Virus record (IMG/VR): IMGVR_UViG_3300014043_000003
Location: 133,850-159,102 of that record
Direction: 5' to 3' (one strand)
Length of the DNA stretch: 25,253 nt
Source: a virus
Lineage: Duplodnaviria > Heunggongvirae > Uroviricota > Caudoviricetes
The position numbers and the translations under genes are program-made. A model generated the notes under the pieces. The model was not told where the DNA came from. It saw only the letters and a list, made by a program, of their open reading frames with translations, and did not search any database. This document shows positions 7,189-14,943 of this stretch, in pieces (position 1 is the first letter of the stretch; the number at the start of each line of letters is the position of its first letter).

Positions 7189-8011
7189 CTTTCCTCAAAA
7201 ATGCGTCCCATTTATCGACGATGTACAGCAGCTCCTTCGAGAGGTAGCACCTTGCCTCGAACTTCATCCAGTCCGGGACCGGGTAGTACGCCTCTGCGAT
7301 CCCGCCGGCGATCGCAGCGATGGTGTCACTGTCGCCGCCGATGGAGATGCAGTTGCGGATCACGTCCTCGAAGCTCTCGCCCTCGAAGAAGCAGGTGAAG
7401 GCCTGCGGCATCGTTACCTGGCAGATCTCTTTCCCGTGACCGTTGCAGGCCTCGCGGTACTCCTTCACCGTCATCGGCAGCTCATAATAATTGCTCTCGA
7501 TGTATCGGCGAAGATCTTCCTTGCTCATCCCCTGCTTGAGAAGCACCTTTGCCACCGCAGCAGCCTCGGCGCCTTTCAGGCCCTCTGGATGATTGTGCGT
7601 GATCGCTGTCACCGCATGGGCGAGCTGCTTTGCCTCTTCAACGGAGGAAGCCACATCGCCAACGGCGCTGATCCTCATGGCGCTGCCGTTTCCGCAGGAG
7701 TTATAGGGGCGCCAGTCGTCGCCCAGCATCCAGTGGAAAAACTTCCCGCCATAGCCGCAGGTGGGATAGTGGCGGCCGATCTCGTGCATGGTCTCCACCG
7801 CCACATCGGAGAGATCCTTGTAGCCATTCGGCGCCGAGCGCATCAAAGACTCGGCCACAGCGCAGGTCATCACCGTGTCGTCGGTGAACCGACACGCCTT
7901 AGCGCTGATGTAAGAGCTGATGTCGTCCTTGAAAAACTTGAAATTCTTGCTCAGGTGATTGTTGAACTCGAAGCGGCTTCCGACAATGTCACCAATGATA
8001 GCTCCAATCAT
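7169..8011 (-). CDS. ADP-ribosylglycohydrolase (DraG/ARH family)
   Basis: GAIIGDIVGSRFEF, FTDDT, SCGNGSAMR, THNHPEG, GGDSDTIAAIAG. Confidence 0.93.
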   Translation of the reverse strand: MIGAIIGDIVGSRFEFNNHLSKNFKFFKDDISSYISAKACRFTDDTVMTCAVAESLMRSAPNGYKDLSDVAVETMHEIGRHYPTCGYGGKFFHWMLGDDWRPYNSCGNGSAMRISAVGDVASSVEEAKQLAHAVTAITHNHPEGLKGAEAAAVAKVLLKQGMSKEDLRRYIESNYYELPMTVKEYREACNGHGKEICQVTMPQAFTCFFEGESFEDVIRNCISIGGDSDTIAAIAGGIAEAYYPVPDWMKFEARCYLSKELLYIVDKWDAFLRKGGIQCA

Positions 8012-8027
8012 TCTCGTCTCCCCTTTC

Positions 8028-8351
8028 TCACACGCGCGCTTTCACGCCATTCAGCCACTTCTCCAGATTGGAGACGATCCCGCGCATCTCCTGCACGTTT
8101 GCTTCGCTGACCACCAGATCTTTCAGCACCTCAACACGCGCCTCGATCTCCTTGACCAGATCAGCGCCGTTCATGCTCTCCGTGATCTCGGTCACGATCT
8201 CGGCCGGAAAGCTGGAGCCATTACAGTACCAGCAGTCAAATTCCGGCTTGTACAGCCAGTCGCCGGTCATCTGGAACGGCGGAAACTTCGCGTTGGTGGG
8301 TTTTACCATGGCGGTCCCATGGAAAGCCTTGTATCCTTCACATTTGATCAT
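8028..8351 (-). CDS. Hypothetical protein
   Basis: 107-aa ORF with AAGGAAGGGA RBS. Confidence 0.7.
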   Translation of the reverse strand: MIKCEGYKAFHGTAMVKPTNAKFPPFQMTGDWLYKPEFDCWYCNGSSFPAEIVTEITESMNGADLVKEIEARVEVLKDLVVSEANVQEMRGIVSNLEKWLNGVKARV

Positions 8352-8449
8352 TGTTGTCCCTTCCTTTCAGTACCTTTCATATCATCCGGCCATGCCTCTT
8401 GACACCTTAGTGCGCTTCTTGACATTCGCCAGGCAAAAAATGAAGCCGA

Positions 8450-8662
8450 TCAGATCACGCCGCCACCAGCGGTCGTGATGCAGACACCGCGAGCTCCGAC
8501 ATCGTATTCATTGCCGCCCTCGTCGATATAATGTCTGCATTTGCTGTGCACCTTTTCGCCGGTATAGCCGTTTATGTCATACTCAAGCTCCGGATGACGA
8601 ATCAGCTTGCCGACAACCTCGAAACCGCACTTCTTCGCGTACTCACGAATCCTGTTGTTCAT
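8450..8662 (-). CDS. Hypothetical protein, first gene behind repeated promoter
   Basis: 70 aa, GAAAGGAG RBS. Confidence 0.7.
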   Translation of the reverse strand: MNNRIREYAKKCGFEVVGKLIRHPELEYDINGYTGEKVHSKCRHYIDEGGNEYDVGARGVCITTAGGGVI

Positions 8663-8696
8663 CGTTACACGCTCCTTTCCGCTGCCGGCTCAAGTG

Positions 8697-8766
8697 CCTC
8701 TCAGCATCTATAATATACCACTTGCCACTTTGTTTTTCAATTGGCAAAACGCACAAATAATAGTGC
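8697..8766 (-). promoter_or_regulatory. Promoter/operator cassette copy 1: operator-like IR + TTGAAA-17-TATATT (TG-extended) + conserved +1 region
   Basis: -10 at 8712-8717, -35 at 8735-8740, imperfect palindrome gcacaaataatagtgc at 8751-8766; matches 20054-20123. Confidence 0.8.
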
Positions 8767-8775
8767 ATAAAGTTG

Positions 8776-8994
8776 TCAAGAATTTATTGCCGCTTTCAGC
8801 TTCTCCAGGCAGGAATCACAGAGCCAGTAGCTACGGTATTTTGTGGACAGTTTTCTGCCGTTGTGGTAGAGCGTTGACGGAAGGTCAAGCATGGTTACGT
8901 ATCCTCCTCTATGGCACCCTTCACATATACAGTTATCGTATGAAGATCTCAGCGCACCAAATTTGACATTGTCTTTGTATTCCAGGTCCTCCAC
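8776..8994 (-). CDS. Small Cys4 protein
   Basis: CEGC...WLCDSC. Confidence 0.65.
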   Translation of the reverse strand: MEDLEYKDNVKFGALRSSYDNCICEGCHRGGYVTMLDLPSTLYHNGRKLSTKYRSYWLCDSCLEKLKAAINS

Positions 8995-8998
8995 TGTT

Positions 8999-9397
8999 TC
9001 ACCAGCTCTCTTCCCTTTTTTGGTTCAGCCAATTCAGCCTGCAATCGAAACATTTTGTTTCAGGATGGCATACGGGCGTTGGAGTGCGTACGGCCGCAAA
9101 CCACATCAAATCCCTTGGGCAAAGCCCATACGTTAATTTTGCCAGTTGCTCATTGTTCATGGATCTGACGCAATCGCCGATCGTCTGGTCCGACAGGCCG
9201 CCGAGTGAGCTGTCCTTGATCGTAAACATGTTCTCGATCTTGTGCAGGCACTTGAAGGGCGTCTTTGCCGCGGTCTCGCCCTCGCTGTAGAAGACGAAGG
9301 CCCCGTCATCCACGATTCTCTTGATCTTCCCGATCTCAAACCTGTCGCCGTTCTGGTAGATGACGTACTCTCCCGGCTTGAATTCTGTGTTACTCAC
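8999..9397 (-). CDS. Two-module hypothetical protein (SH3-like N-terminus + TxxDxxRxMxxExLA/Cys module)
   Basis: FKPGEYVIY...EIGKIKR; TIGDCVRSMNNEQLA...CFDCRLNWL; GTG start at 9397 behind GGGGAG. Confidence 0.7.
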   Translation of the reverse strand: MSNTEFKPGEYVIYQNGDRFEIGKIKRIVDDGAFVFYSEGETAAKTPFKCLHKIENMFTIKDSSLGGLSDQTIGDCVRSMNNEQLAKLTYGLCPRDLMWFAAVRTPTPVCHPETKCFDCRLNWLNQKREESW

Positions 9398-9398
9398 G

Positions 9399-9656
9399 TT
9401 ACTTCTCCCCTTCCACCGGAGCTTCCAGATATTCCTTGATACAGTCTTGGCAAACCCCGTGGGCTTCGCACCATCCCGGTACATTGCCCTGAATATATTT
9501 GCAGAGGCTTTTTTCTCCCATCACGCCGAAGAGCTCTTCGTCCGGGAGCGACCGAAGCCGCATGGAATTGGTCCTGCGTACCGGATCTACATAGTGGTAA
9601 TTAAGCGTCAATCCGCTGACTGTTCCGACTGTTCCGATCGTATGACTGTCTTTCAT
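9399..9656 (-). CDS. Hypothetical protein with TN..RLRSLPDEEL/Cys module
   Basis: ATG 9656 behind GAGGGG; CQDCIKEYL tail. Confidence 0.7.
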   Translation of the reverse strand: MKDSHTIGTVGTVSGLTLNYHYVDPVRRTNSMRLRSLPDEELFGVMGEKSLCKYIQGNVPGWCEAHGVCQDCIKEYLEAPVEGEK

Positions 9657-9666
9657 GGCTTTCCCC

Positions 9667-10035
9667 TCATTTGCCGCTACGCTTTGCGTCCACGAATGCG
9701 CGCGCAAGATCGTCGATGATCTGGTGCATGTAGCGCTCCTGGAGAAGATCCCCGGTGTCAGATGCGATGAGGCACAGTTTCAGGTGAAGCAGCTCGTGGA
9801 CAAGAGTCTTTTCCCAGTCATAGGGGACGATCTTCTCCCCGTAGTGGATCTCGTCAAGGATATCTATCCTCGCCGTCTTAATTACCTCTGTCCATGTTGT
9901 GCAGCCGGTGCAGTTTGGCATCTCCATATCTTCCGGGTGACAATAGTCATTCAGCACGATCCGCCATTCATGGAGGCCGAGCCTTTCCTGCCACTCCTTC
10001 AGAAGGTTGATATGTTCAGAATTATTGTCTTCCAT
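9667..10035 (-). CDS. HExxH zincin-like protein
   Basis: WQERLGLHEWRI...EKTLVHELLHL. Confidence 0.65.
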   Translation of the reverse strand: MEDNNSEHINLLKEWQERLGLHEWRIVLNDYCHPEDMEMPNCTGCTTWTEVIKTARIDILDEIHYGEKIVPYDWEKTLVHELLHLKLCLIASDTGDLLQERYMHQIIDDLARAFVDAKRSGK

Positions 10036-10041
10036 GTTCTC

Positions 10042-10482
10042 TCACTCCTGCGTTATGTTCTGCTGATCCTCGATCAACTGGTTAAGCATGAGCCGATAGC
10101 AAAGCATGTTCGGGCAGTATTTGGGATTGTCGAAGATCGGTGTATCATCGCCGTTGTAGAATTTCAGGAGGGCCGCGGCTATTCCGGCCGAGCGTGAGAC
10201 CCCGGCATCACAGTGGACAATGATAAGCCGGTCCTTGTTCTCCTCCACGAATTGCGCGATCTGACGCGCGTCCTCCGCCGTCATGGCCCATCCTCCGCCG
10301 TCCACGTCGTCAAAAGCGAGTCTCAGGACCCTCTTGATTCCGTTGTAGGGGCTTGCATACACCTTTGTGTCATACCGCTCCTCCGGCGTGCTTATGGAGA
10401 TCAGGGCCGCTTCGGTGTCGTGTGGTCCGTAGCTGTATCTCTCCGCGTCCCTGCGGCTCATAACAGTGACTTGGATGCTCAT
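10042..10482 (-). CDS. Cys-based protein-tyrosine/dual-specificity phosphatase family protein
   Basis: P-loop IIVHCDAGVSRSAG (CX5R), upstream LAFDDV acid loop, C-terminal PN motif. Confidence 0.9.
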   Translation of the reverse strand: MSIQVTVMSRRDAERYSYGPHDTEAALISISTPEERYDTKVYASPYNGIKRVLRLAFDDVDGGGWAMTAEDARQIAQFVEENKDRLIIVHCDAGVSRSAGIAAALLKFYNGDDTPIFDNPKYCPNMLCYRLMLNQLIEDQQNITQE

Positions 10483-10826
10483 TTGGACGCTTCCCTCTCG
10501 AAGAAGAATGTTATGGGCTTCTCATCCTCCACAACATTGCCGTAAAGAAGCCCGATCTTGTAGATATAGTTTGCCTTGAGCTTCCTGGGGATCTCCTGAA
10601 TATAGCGGCGGAAGGTCTCCAGATCATGCGCCCTTTTGTAGTGATTGCAGTTTCGGCAAGCCGGCATGAGGTTTTCCAGATCGTCAGATCCCTGTTCACT
10701 CCATCCACGCTGCGGGATAAAATGATCGACCTGCATATCCTCATAGCGTATTTCACGACCGCAATAAGCACAACGGCCGTAATACTTTGCATACACAGCC
10801 ATTCGTTTTTCTTTGCTGAAGCTCAT
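10479..10826 (-). CDS. HNH endonuclease (Cys4-type)
   Basis: GRCAYCG...QVDHFIP...NLMPACRNCNHYK. Confidence 0.9.
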   Translation of the reverse strand: MSFSKEKRMAVYAKYYGRCAYCGREIRYEDMQVDHFIPQRGWSEQGSDDLENLMPACRNCNHYKRAHDLETFRRYIQEIPRKLKANYIYKIGLLYGNVVEDEKPITFFFEREASK

Positions 10827-11173
10827 CCGGTCACTCTCCTAACTGCTTTCATAACTGCGCCGCACTCGGGGCAGCGCTTGTAATACATGTCGCCCTCAAT
10901 CAGGCAAAACGATACGTGGCAGTGTGAGCACTCCCAGTACTGTCCGATGGAATCGTCTTCATGCTCAATCCACTCCGCCTCGATTACCGGGCCGACCTTG
11001 CCTTTCTCTATCAGGACTTGCATAGCGGGAATCTTCGATATGTTGGCCTCGTATTCCTTGACTGCCTTGTTCCACCAACGAGCAGCGAGCGCGATCGTAG
11101 GATCGTCTCTGTCCTCGATCAGCAGCTCAGGACGTGCCTTGAGTGCTTCATCGCGCCTGATGCACTCATCCAT
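10823..11173 (-). CDS. Phage protein with C-terminal zinc ribbon
   Basis: MDECIRRDEAL...AEWI...WECSHC...RCPECGAVM. Confidence 0.75.
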   Translation of the reverse strand: MDECIRRDEALKARPELLIEDRDDPTIALAARWWNKAVKEYEANISKIPAMQVLIEKGKVGPVIEAEWIEHEDDSIGQYWECSHCHVSFCLIEGDMYYKRCPECGAVMKAVRRVTG

Positions 11174-11175
11174 CG

Positions 11176-11436
11176 TCAGCCTCTCCTTAAACCATCAGCG
11201 CAGAAGAAATCCGGTCTTCTTCCTTGGCAGCTTTGCCGTTTCCAATCGTGCCTGTGAACACACTCAGCGCAAGTCACAACAGACCGCACGTCTTCGGCAG
11301 GGATGCCGGCAAGAACACGTTCCGCTGCCCTGTGATATCTGTATGCATCATCTGTCATTACAGAGTCGAGGTTTCGTTCCAACGCTTCTGCAGACACGGC
11401 TTCTATTGCCGTCGAACGCAAAATGTACTCATCCAT
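11176..11436 (-). CDS. Phage hypothetical protein
   Basis: MDEYILRSTAI...IPAEDVRSVVTCAECVH...DFFCADG. Confidence 0.75.
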   Translation of the reverse strand: MDEYILRSTAIEAVSAEALERNLDSVMTDDAYRYHRAAERVLAGIPAEDVRSVVTCAECVHRHDWKRQSCQGRRPDFFCADGLRRG

Positions 11437-11437
11437 A

Positions 11438-11761
11438 TTACGTTTCAGCCTCCTTCGGATCTTCTATCAGCTCCGGGATCGGTCGTCCGCAGGCGAAGCA
11501 GTAGTGGATCATGTTGGGCTTGACTGCGTGACCGAAGGCATCGTCAATGACCGTGAATTTGAGGCCGTCTGTACACCATGGGCACGCATGCTTTGGTGCT
11601 TTTTTAAGTACGAAATCGTAAAGCTCCGATGAACGGAAATAGGAGTTACAGTTGATGCACTTGACATCAAGCGCTTCAACATAGGGTCCGGACATCTTGT
11701 ACATATAGCCTGGTCTATCGCAGTTTGGGCAGATCAGGTTTATCGGCTCCATTTTGAACAT
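11438..11761 (-). CDS. Double zinc-ribbon protein
   Basis: CPNC, CINC, CPWC, CFAC; start moved to 11761 (TGATG overlap with small upstream ORF). Confidence 0.7.
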   Translation of the reverse strand: MFKMEPINLICPNCDRPGYMYKMSGPYVEALDVKCINCNSYFRSSELYDFVLKKAPKHACPWCTDGLKFTVIDDAFGHAVKPNMIHYCFACGRPIPELIEDPKEAET

Positions 11762-11871
11762 CAGTCGTCCCTCTTCATTTCCGGCCGGCTCCCAACGGCC
11801 AGGCCGAGCACCCATGGCGCAGCAGGCCCGAGTGGGATATTCCAGACGAGCCACACAAGGAATCTTTTCAT
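11761..11871 (-). CDS. 36-aa hydrophobic peptide (not in ORF track)
   Basis: MKRFLVWLVWNIPLGPAAPWVLGLAVGSRPEMKRDD; GAGGAGG RBS, overlaps both neighbours. Confidence 0.6.
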   Translation of the reverse strand: MKRFLVWLVWNIPLGPAAPWVLGLAVGSRPEMKRDD

Positions 11872-12044
11872 AACGCAGCCTCCTCTTTTACCTGATTTCC
11901 ATACAGGGTTTCCGTCTCTTCCATCAGCGTGCCACAAGGGCAGGTCTTGATTTCAGTTAATTCGTCTTCCTGGATATCGTCCGGCCCCCAGAAGCCAAAA
12001 GCGAATCCGCAGTTCGGGCACAGAAGATACATTGTTCTTCTCAT
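11868..12044 (-). CDS. Small zinc-ribbon protein
   Basis: LLCPNCG...TCPCG; ATG 12044 in ATGA overlap. Confidence 0.65.
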   Translation of the reverse strand: MRRTMYLLCPNCGFAFGFWGPDDIQEDELTEIKTCPCGTLMEETETLYGNQVKEEAAL

Positions 12045-12208
12045 CGCGCCTTCTTCTGATTGTCCTTGATCGGAGATACCCACTCATCACAGCCTTCTTC
12101 CTTGTCCGGCTGTACAAAATCAGGCTCTCCGTTGTGCAGCCAGCAGTGTCCGCAATCGGCGATTTCTTCGCCGTCGCCGCCCCAAAAGCAGTTGTAGCAA
12201 TTTTTCAT
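12041..12208 (-). CDS. 55-aa Cys-rich protein (not in ORF track)
   Basis: MKNCYNCFW...CGHCWLH...GCDEW; ATGA overlaps at both ends. Confidence 0.65.
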   Translation of the reverse strand: MKNCYNCFWGGDGEEIADCGHCWLHNGEPDFVQPDKEEGCDEWVSPIKDNQKKAR

Positions 12209-12681
12209 TTTTTGACCTCTTTCTTAAGCCAGTTCAGGAAGCACGTCCGGCAATCGTCTGTACTTGCACACTCGCCATCGCCTACGTCCACAACGGCCGG
12301 GCAGTAGAATTTATACCCGTCGTAGTAGAAATCCGTGAAAAGCGCGGCCAGTACTTCGTCATCCATGCCTCGGATCTCATCGCCCTTTGTGGTGGGCTTG
12401 CTTTTTTTCGCAGGTAGAGCGTTCTTTTGATCATTTCCGGCGTTCTCCGCACACGTTTCAGCTTGGCATGGATAGTATGGCACCGTGCTCGGAATGTTGG
12501 GAGAAGGCTTTGGAATATTGATCGTTTCGGGAGCCTCAAGAGGCTCCGCGCAGAAGCGTTTCGCTCCATCATCATATCCGGTGATTCTCTTGTACTGGCA
12601 GGATTCATAGCCTCCCGTATATCCGCAGAACCCAGAAGGTGACTTATAAGAGCAGACATACGGACAGATATAATTGCTCAT
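12205..12681 (-). CDS. Cys-rich protein with C-terminal TKGDEIRGMDDEVLA module
   Basis: N-terminal Cys cluster, Pro-rich linker, CRTCFLNWL tail. Confidence 0.7.
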   Translation of the reverse strand: MSNYICPYVCSYKSPSGFCGYTGGYESCQYKRITGYDDGAKRFCAEPLEAPETINIPKPSPNIPSTVPYYPCQAETCAENAGNDQKNALPAKKSKPTTKGDEIRGMDDEVLAALFTDFYYDGYKFYCPAVVDVGDGECASTDDCRTCFLNWLKKEVKK

Positions 12682-12932
12682 TGCTTGCCCTCCTCGGCCT
12701 CAATGACGGTGGGCCTTATGTCTATCAAGCACGTTATATCGCCTCTCACCTTGCATCCCTTCCATAATTTGACCATAGCGTCGGCGTCGATCAAGCGGCC
12801 ATGAGGTGGGACCTGGACAACGTCAAACACCTTGTCGCCCACCATCGCCATTGGATTTCCTTCCGCATCATAGCCTATTTCGATCTTGGCATACCCTATC
12901 GGCATGTCCATTCCCTGAATGATGAGACTCAT
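12678..12932 (-). CDS. PHGRL-family paralog 1
   Basis: IQGMDMP...PPHGRLIDAD...PTVIEAEEG. Confidence 0.75.
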   Translation of the reverse strand: MSLIIQGMDMPIGYAKIEIGYDAEGNPMAMVGDKVFDVVQVPPHGRLIDADAMVKLWKGCKVRGDITCLIDIRPTVIEAEEGKQ

Positions 12933-13261
12933 CTTGCATCACCGTCTTCCGCTGGAACTATAGTGGGAGCTTGTTCGATGGCAAACAAAATCGAGTCACG
13001 ATGAATGAGCTCATCATCATGGTATTCCTTTGCTCCGTCGTAATCGCTGTATGTTTCCATCAATTTGTAAAGCTCATCACCATCAATAAGTCTGCCGTGG
13101 GGTTTTGGAGGGATAAGTGGGCAGCTAATCATCCGGCTTTTTGACCTGTCTTTATCGCTTATCGTTCCGTCAAAGCAGATGTAGTTGCCATCCCATCTGT
13201 GTAATGGGCATTCTTTACAGCTTCTCGGCATGTCCATGCCCTGGATTGAAATTCTGCTCAC
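12929..13261 (-). CDS. PHGRL-family paralog 2
   Basis: IQGMDMPRSCKECP...KPHGRLIDGD...APTIVPAEDG. Confidence 0.75.
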   Translation of the reverse strand: MSRISIQGMDMPRSCKECPLHRWDGNYICFDGTISDKDRSKSRMISCPLIPPKPHGRLIDGDELYKLMETYSDYDGAKEYHDDELIHRDSILFAIEQAPTIVPAEDGDAR

Positions 13262-13385
13262 GGTTCACCCTCCTCTGCTTGTGGACAAAGTCCTCACAAA
13301 AGTAAGCAGGTATTTCCCTATCCGATCCGTGAAAAGGGCAATACTTGTATCCACAGTCTTTGCAGTTCAGTTTCTTGTATGTCAT
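13215..13385 (-). CDS. 56-aa Cys-rich protein (not in ORF track)
   Basis: MTYKKLNCKDCGYKYCPFH...FCEDF; GGAGGAGGG RBS, ATGA overlap. Confidence 0.55.
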   Translation of the reverse strand: MTYKKLNCKDCGYKYCPFHGSDREIPAYFCEDFVHKQRRVNREQNFNPGHGHAEKL

Positions 13386-13735
13386 GTATCGCCCTCCTCC
13401 GCCGGAATGATGGTGGTGGCGTTGTTAAGCCTATCAATGACTTCTCCTGCGCCAAGAGCCATGCGGTTCAAGTCGCCGATGATAGTGTGTTGCAAGGCTT
13501 CATCCCGGAGTGCTTTTGAAAGCGCATCCAGATCGCCAAGCCTCCCATGCGGCGGGACTGGAAAAACGGGGCAATCGCTCGGCCGGTCATGGTCCCTAAA
13601 GTAAGCCGTTTCAATAACCTTGTTGCTTACTTGGCAACGGCTGTTGTAGTGGCAGAAGCACGGGCATCCCAGCCCATCGCGCCCGCCAATGCCGCAGTTC
13701 TTAGGTACGTCAATTCCTTGGACGAGGAAACTCAT
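13382..13735 (-). CDS. PHGRL-family paralog 3
   Basis: VQGIDVPKNC...PPHGRLGDLD...TTIIPAEEG; start moved to ATG 13735. Confidence 0.75.
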   Translation of the reverse strand: MSFLVQGIDVPKNCGIGGRDGLGCPCFCHYNSRCQVSNKVIETAYFRDHDRPSDCPVFPVPPHGRLGDLDALSKALRDEALQHTIIGDLNRMALGAGEVIDRLNNATTIIPAEEGDT

Positions 13736-13905
13736 CTTGCATGCCTCCTCTTGCACTCCAGACATTCATAGCCGACAAACTGTTCTGGCTTATAATGCTC
13801 TCCGGGATAGAGCATAACGTCGTTGCAGATCCTACATACAGCCACGATATAGTTGGCCTTCTTCCATCTTTCCCGGTCGGCCGCTGTGATCTCGTTTGCT
13901 TTCAT
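13732..13905 (-). CDS. 57-aa zinc-ribbon protein (not in ORF track)
   Basis: MKANEITAADRERWKK...CRIC...CLEC; GAGGT RBS, ATGA overlap. Confidence 0.6.
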   Translation of the reverse strand: MKANEITAADRERWKKANYIVAVCRICNDVMLYPGEHYKPEQFVGYECLECKRRHAR

Positions 13906-13908
13906 GTA

Positions 13909-14187
13909 TTACCTCACGATCATTTTGTCCGCCGGGATACAGGTCGGTGCCATCTGAATTGCCTTCAGCGAATACCCCACTCGGTCAAGCTCAGCTTCGT
14001 ACATATCGCAATCGCCAAGTTCATCCTCGTCGATCAAACGGCCATGAGGCGGAACAGAGACGGCTTCTAAATATCCGCCATCATAAAGCACTCTTCCGTC
14101 GGCATAAATCGTTATGATTTTGCCGCCATACTTTGGCATCTCCAGTCCGGAAATGTAGATTCCTCCCGCAGTCTGTTCAATGCTCAT
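13909..14187 (-). CDS. PHGRL-family paralog 4
   Basis: ISGLEMPK...PPHGRLIDED...APTCIPAD. Confidence 0.75.
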   Translation of the reverse strand: MSIEQTAGGIYISGLEMPKYGGKIITIYADGRVLYDGGYLEAVSVPPHGRLIDEDELGDCDMYEAELDRVGYSLKAIQMAPTCIPADKMIVR

Positions 14188-14368
14188 AGGTGTCCTCCAT
14201 GCGGGTTATGCCCCAGTATTTCACGAAACTCGGCCGTGATTTCCACCACCTTCGGTAAGAGAAGATCTTCCACCGAGGAGGTCTCTGATCGCACCAGCGC
14301 CAATAAGCAGCGCGTTCCCAAAGGCGTCTGTTTGCGCCATACCTCTTGGCCCATCTTTGTTGACTCAT
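14177..14368 (-). CDS. Small Trp/Arg-rich basic protein
   Basis: MSQQRWAKRY...WWKSRP; ATG 14368 in ATGA overlap. Confidence 0.55.
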   Translation of the reverse strand: MSQQRWAKRYGANRRLWERAAYWRWCDQRPPRWKIFSYRRWWKSRPSFVKYWGITRMEDTYEH

Positions 14369-14616
14369 GCGGACTTTCCGAGCCTCGTATTCCACTTTGC
14401 TATGAGATCAGCCTTTGCTTTGTCCTTCTCCGCCGCCGGCGCGTCTGTTCTGAATTTCTCAGACTCCATGAAGACGCGGCATTCGCAGCGGTTTTGCTTT
14501 GTCCGGCCACGGGTAACATAGTACCAGGAGAATCCGTTTTCCTCGCCGTCGTTCATCTCCTCAATGGCGACGACCTTTTTACAGAACGGGAATCTTTCGA
14601 GTCTGTTGAATCTCAT
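14365..14616 (-). CDS. Lar-like (restriction alleviation family) protein
   Basis: LERFPFC (cf. LxPCPFC) ... YYV ... CEC ... IAKWNTR. Confidence 0.55.
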   Translation of the reverse strand: MRFNRLERFPFCKKVVAIEEMNDGEENGFSWYYVTRGRTKQNRCECRVFMESEKFRTDAPAAEKDKAKADLIAKWNTRLGKSA

Positions 14617-14630
14617 AGAGAAGCCTCCTC

Positions 14631-14906
14631 TCAGCTCTGCAGGTGCATCTGCCGCATTTTCTGGAGGAACAGGCGCATCTCTTTGTAGGTGAGGCCAACG
14701 CCGACACTCCCGACGCAGTTCTCGCCGAAACGGTCCTTGTCGTAGCTGAAGAGCATGTGTTTGCCGCTCTTCTTGTGGCAGATATCCACGGCCTGGATGT
14801 AGTTCCGAGCGTTCTGACGTTCATACCGAGCGCCCCACTCGTTCTCCCACATCTTCACGAACCCGAGGTCAGCGATTTTCTCATCTACGGTCTTGAGCAG
14901 TTTCAT
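14631..14906 (-). CDS. Hypothetical protein
   Basis: 91 aa, GGGGAG RBS. Confidence 0.7.
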   Translation of the reverse strand: MKLLKTVDEKIADLGFVKMWENEWGARYERQNARNYIQAVDICHKKSGKHMLFSYDKDRFGENCVGSVGVGLTYKEMRLFLQKMRQMHLQS

Positions 14907-14943
14907 TGCTTTATCTCCCCTATATCTTTTCTTTTTTTGTGGC

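Noticed and set aside
12678-14187. Diversity-generating retroelement or CRISPR-like array
   Set aside because: No reverse transcriptase, no near-identical TR/VR pair, and no regularly spaced DNA repeats; similarity is mainly at protein level
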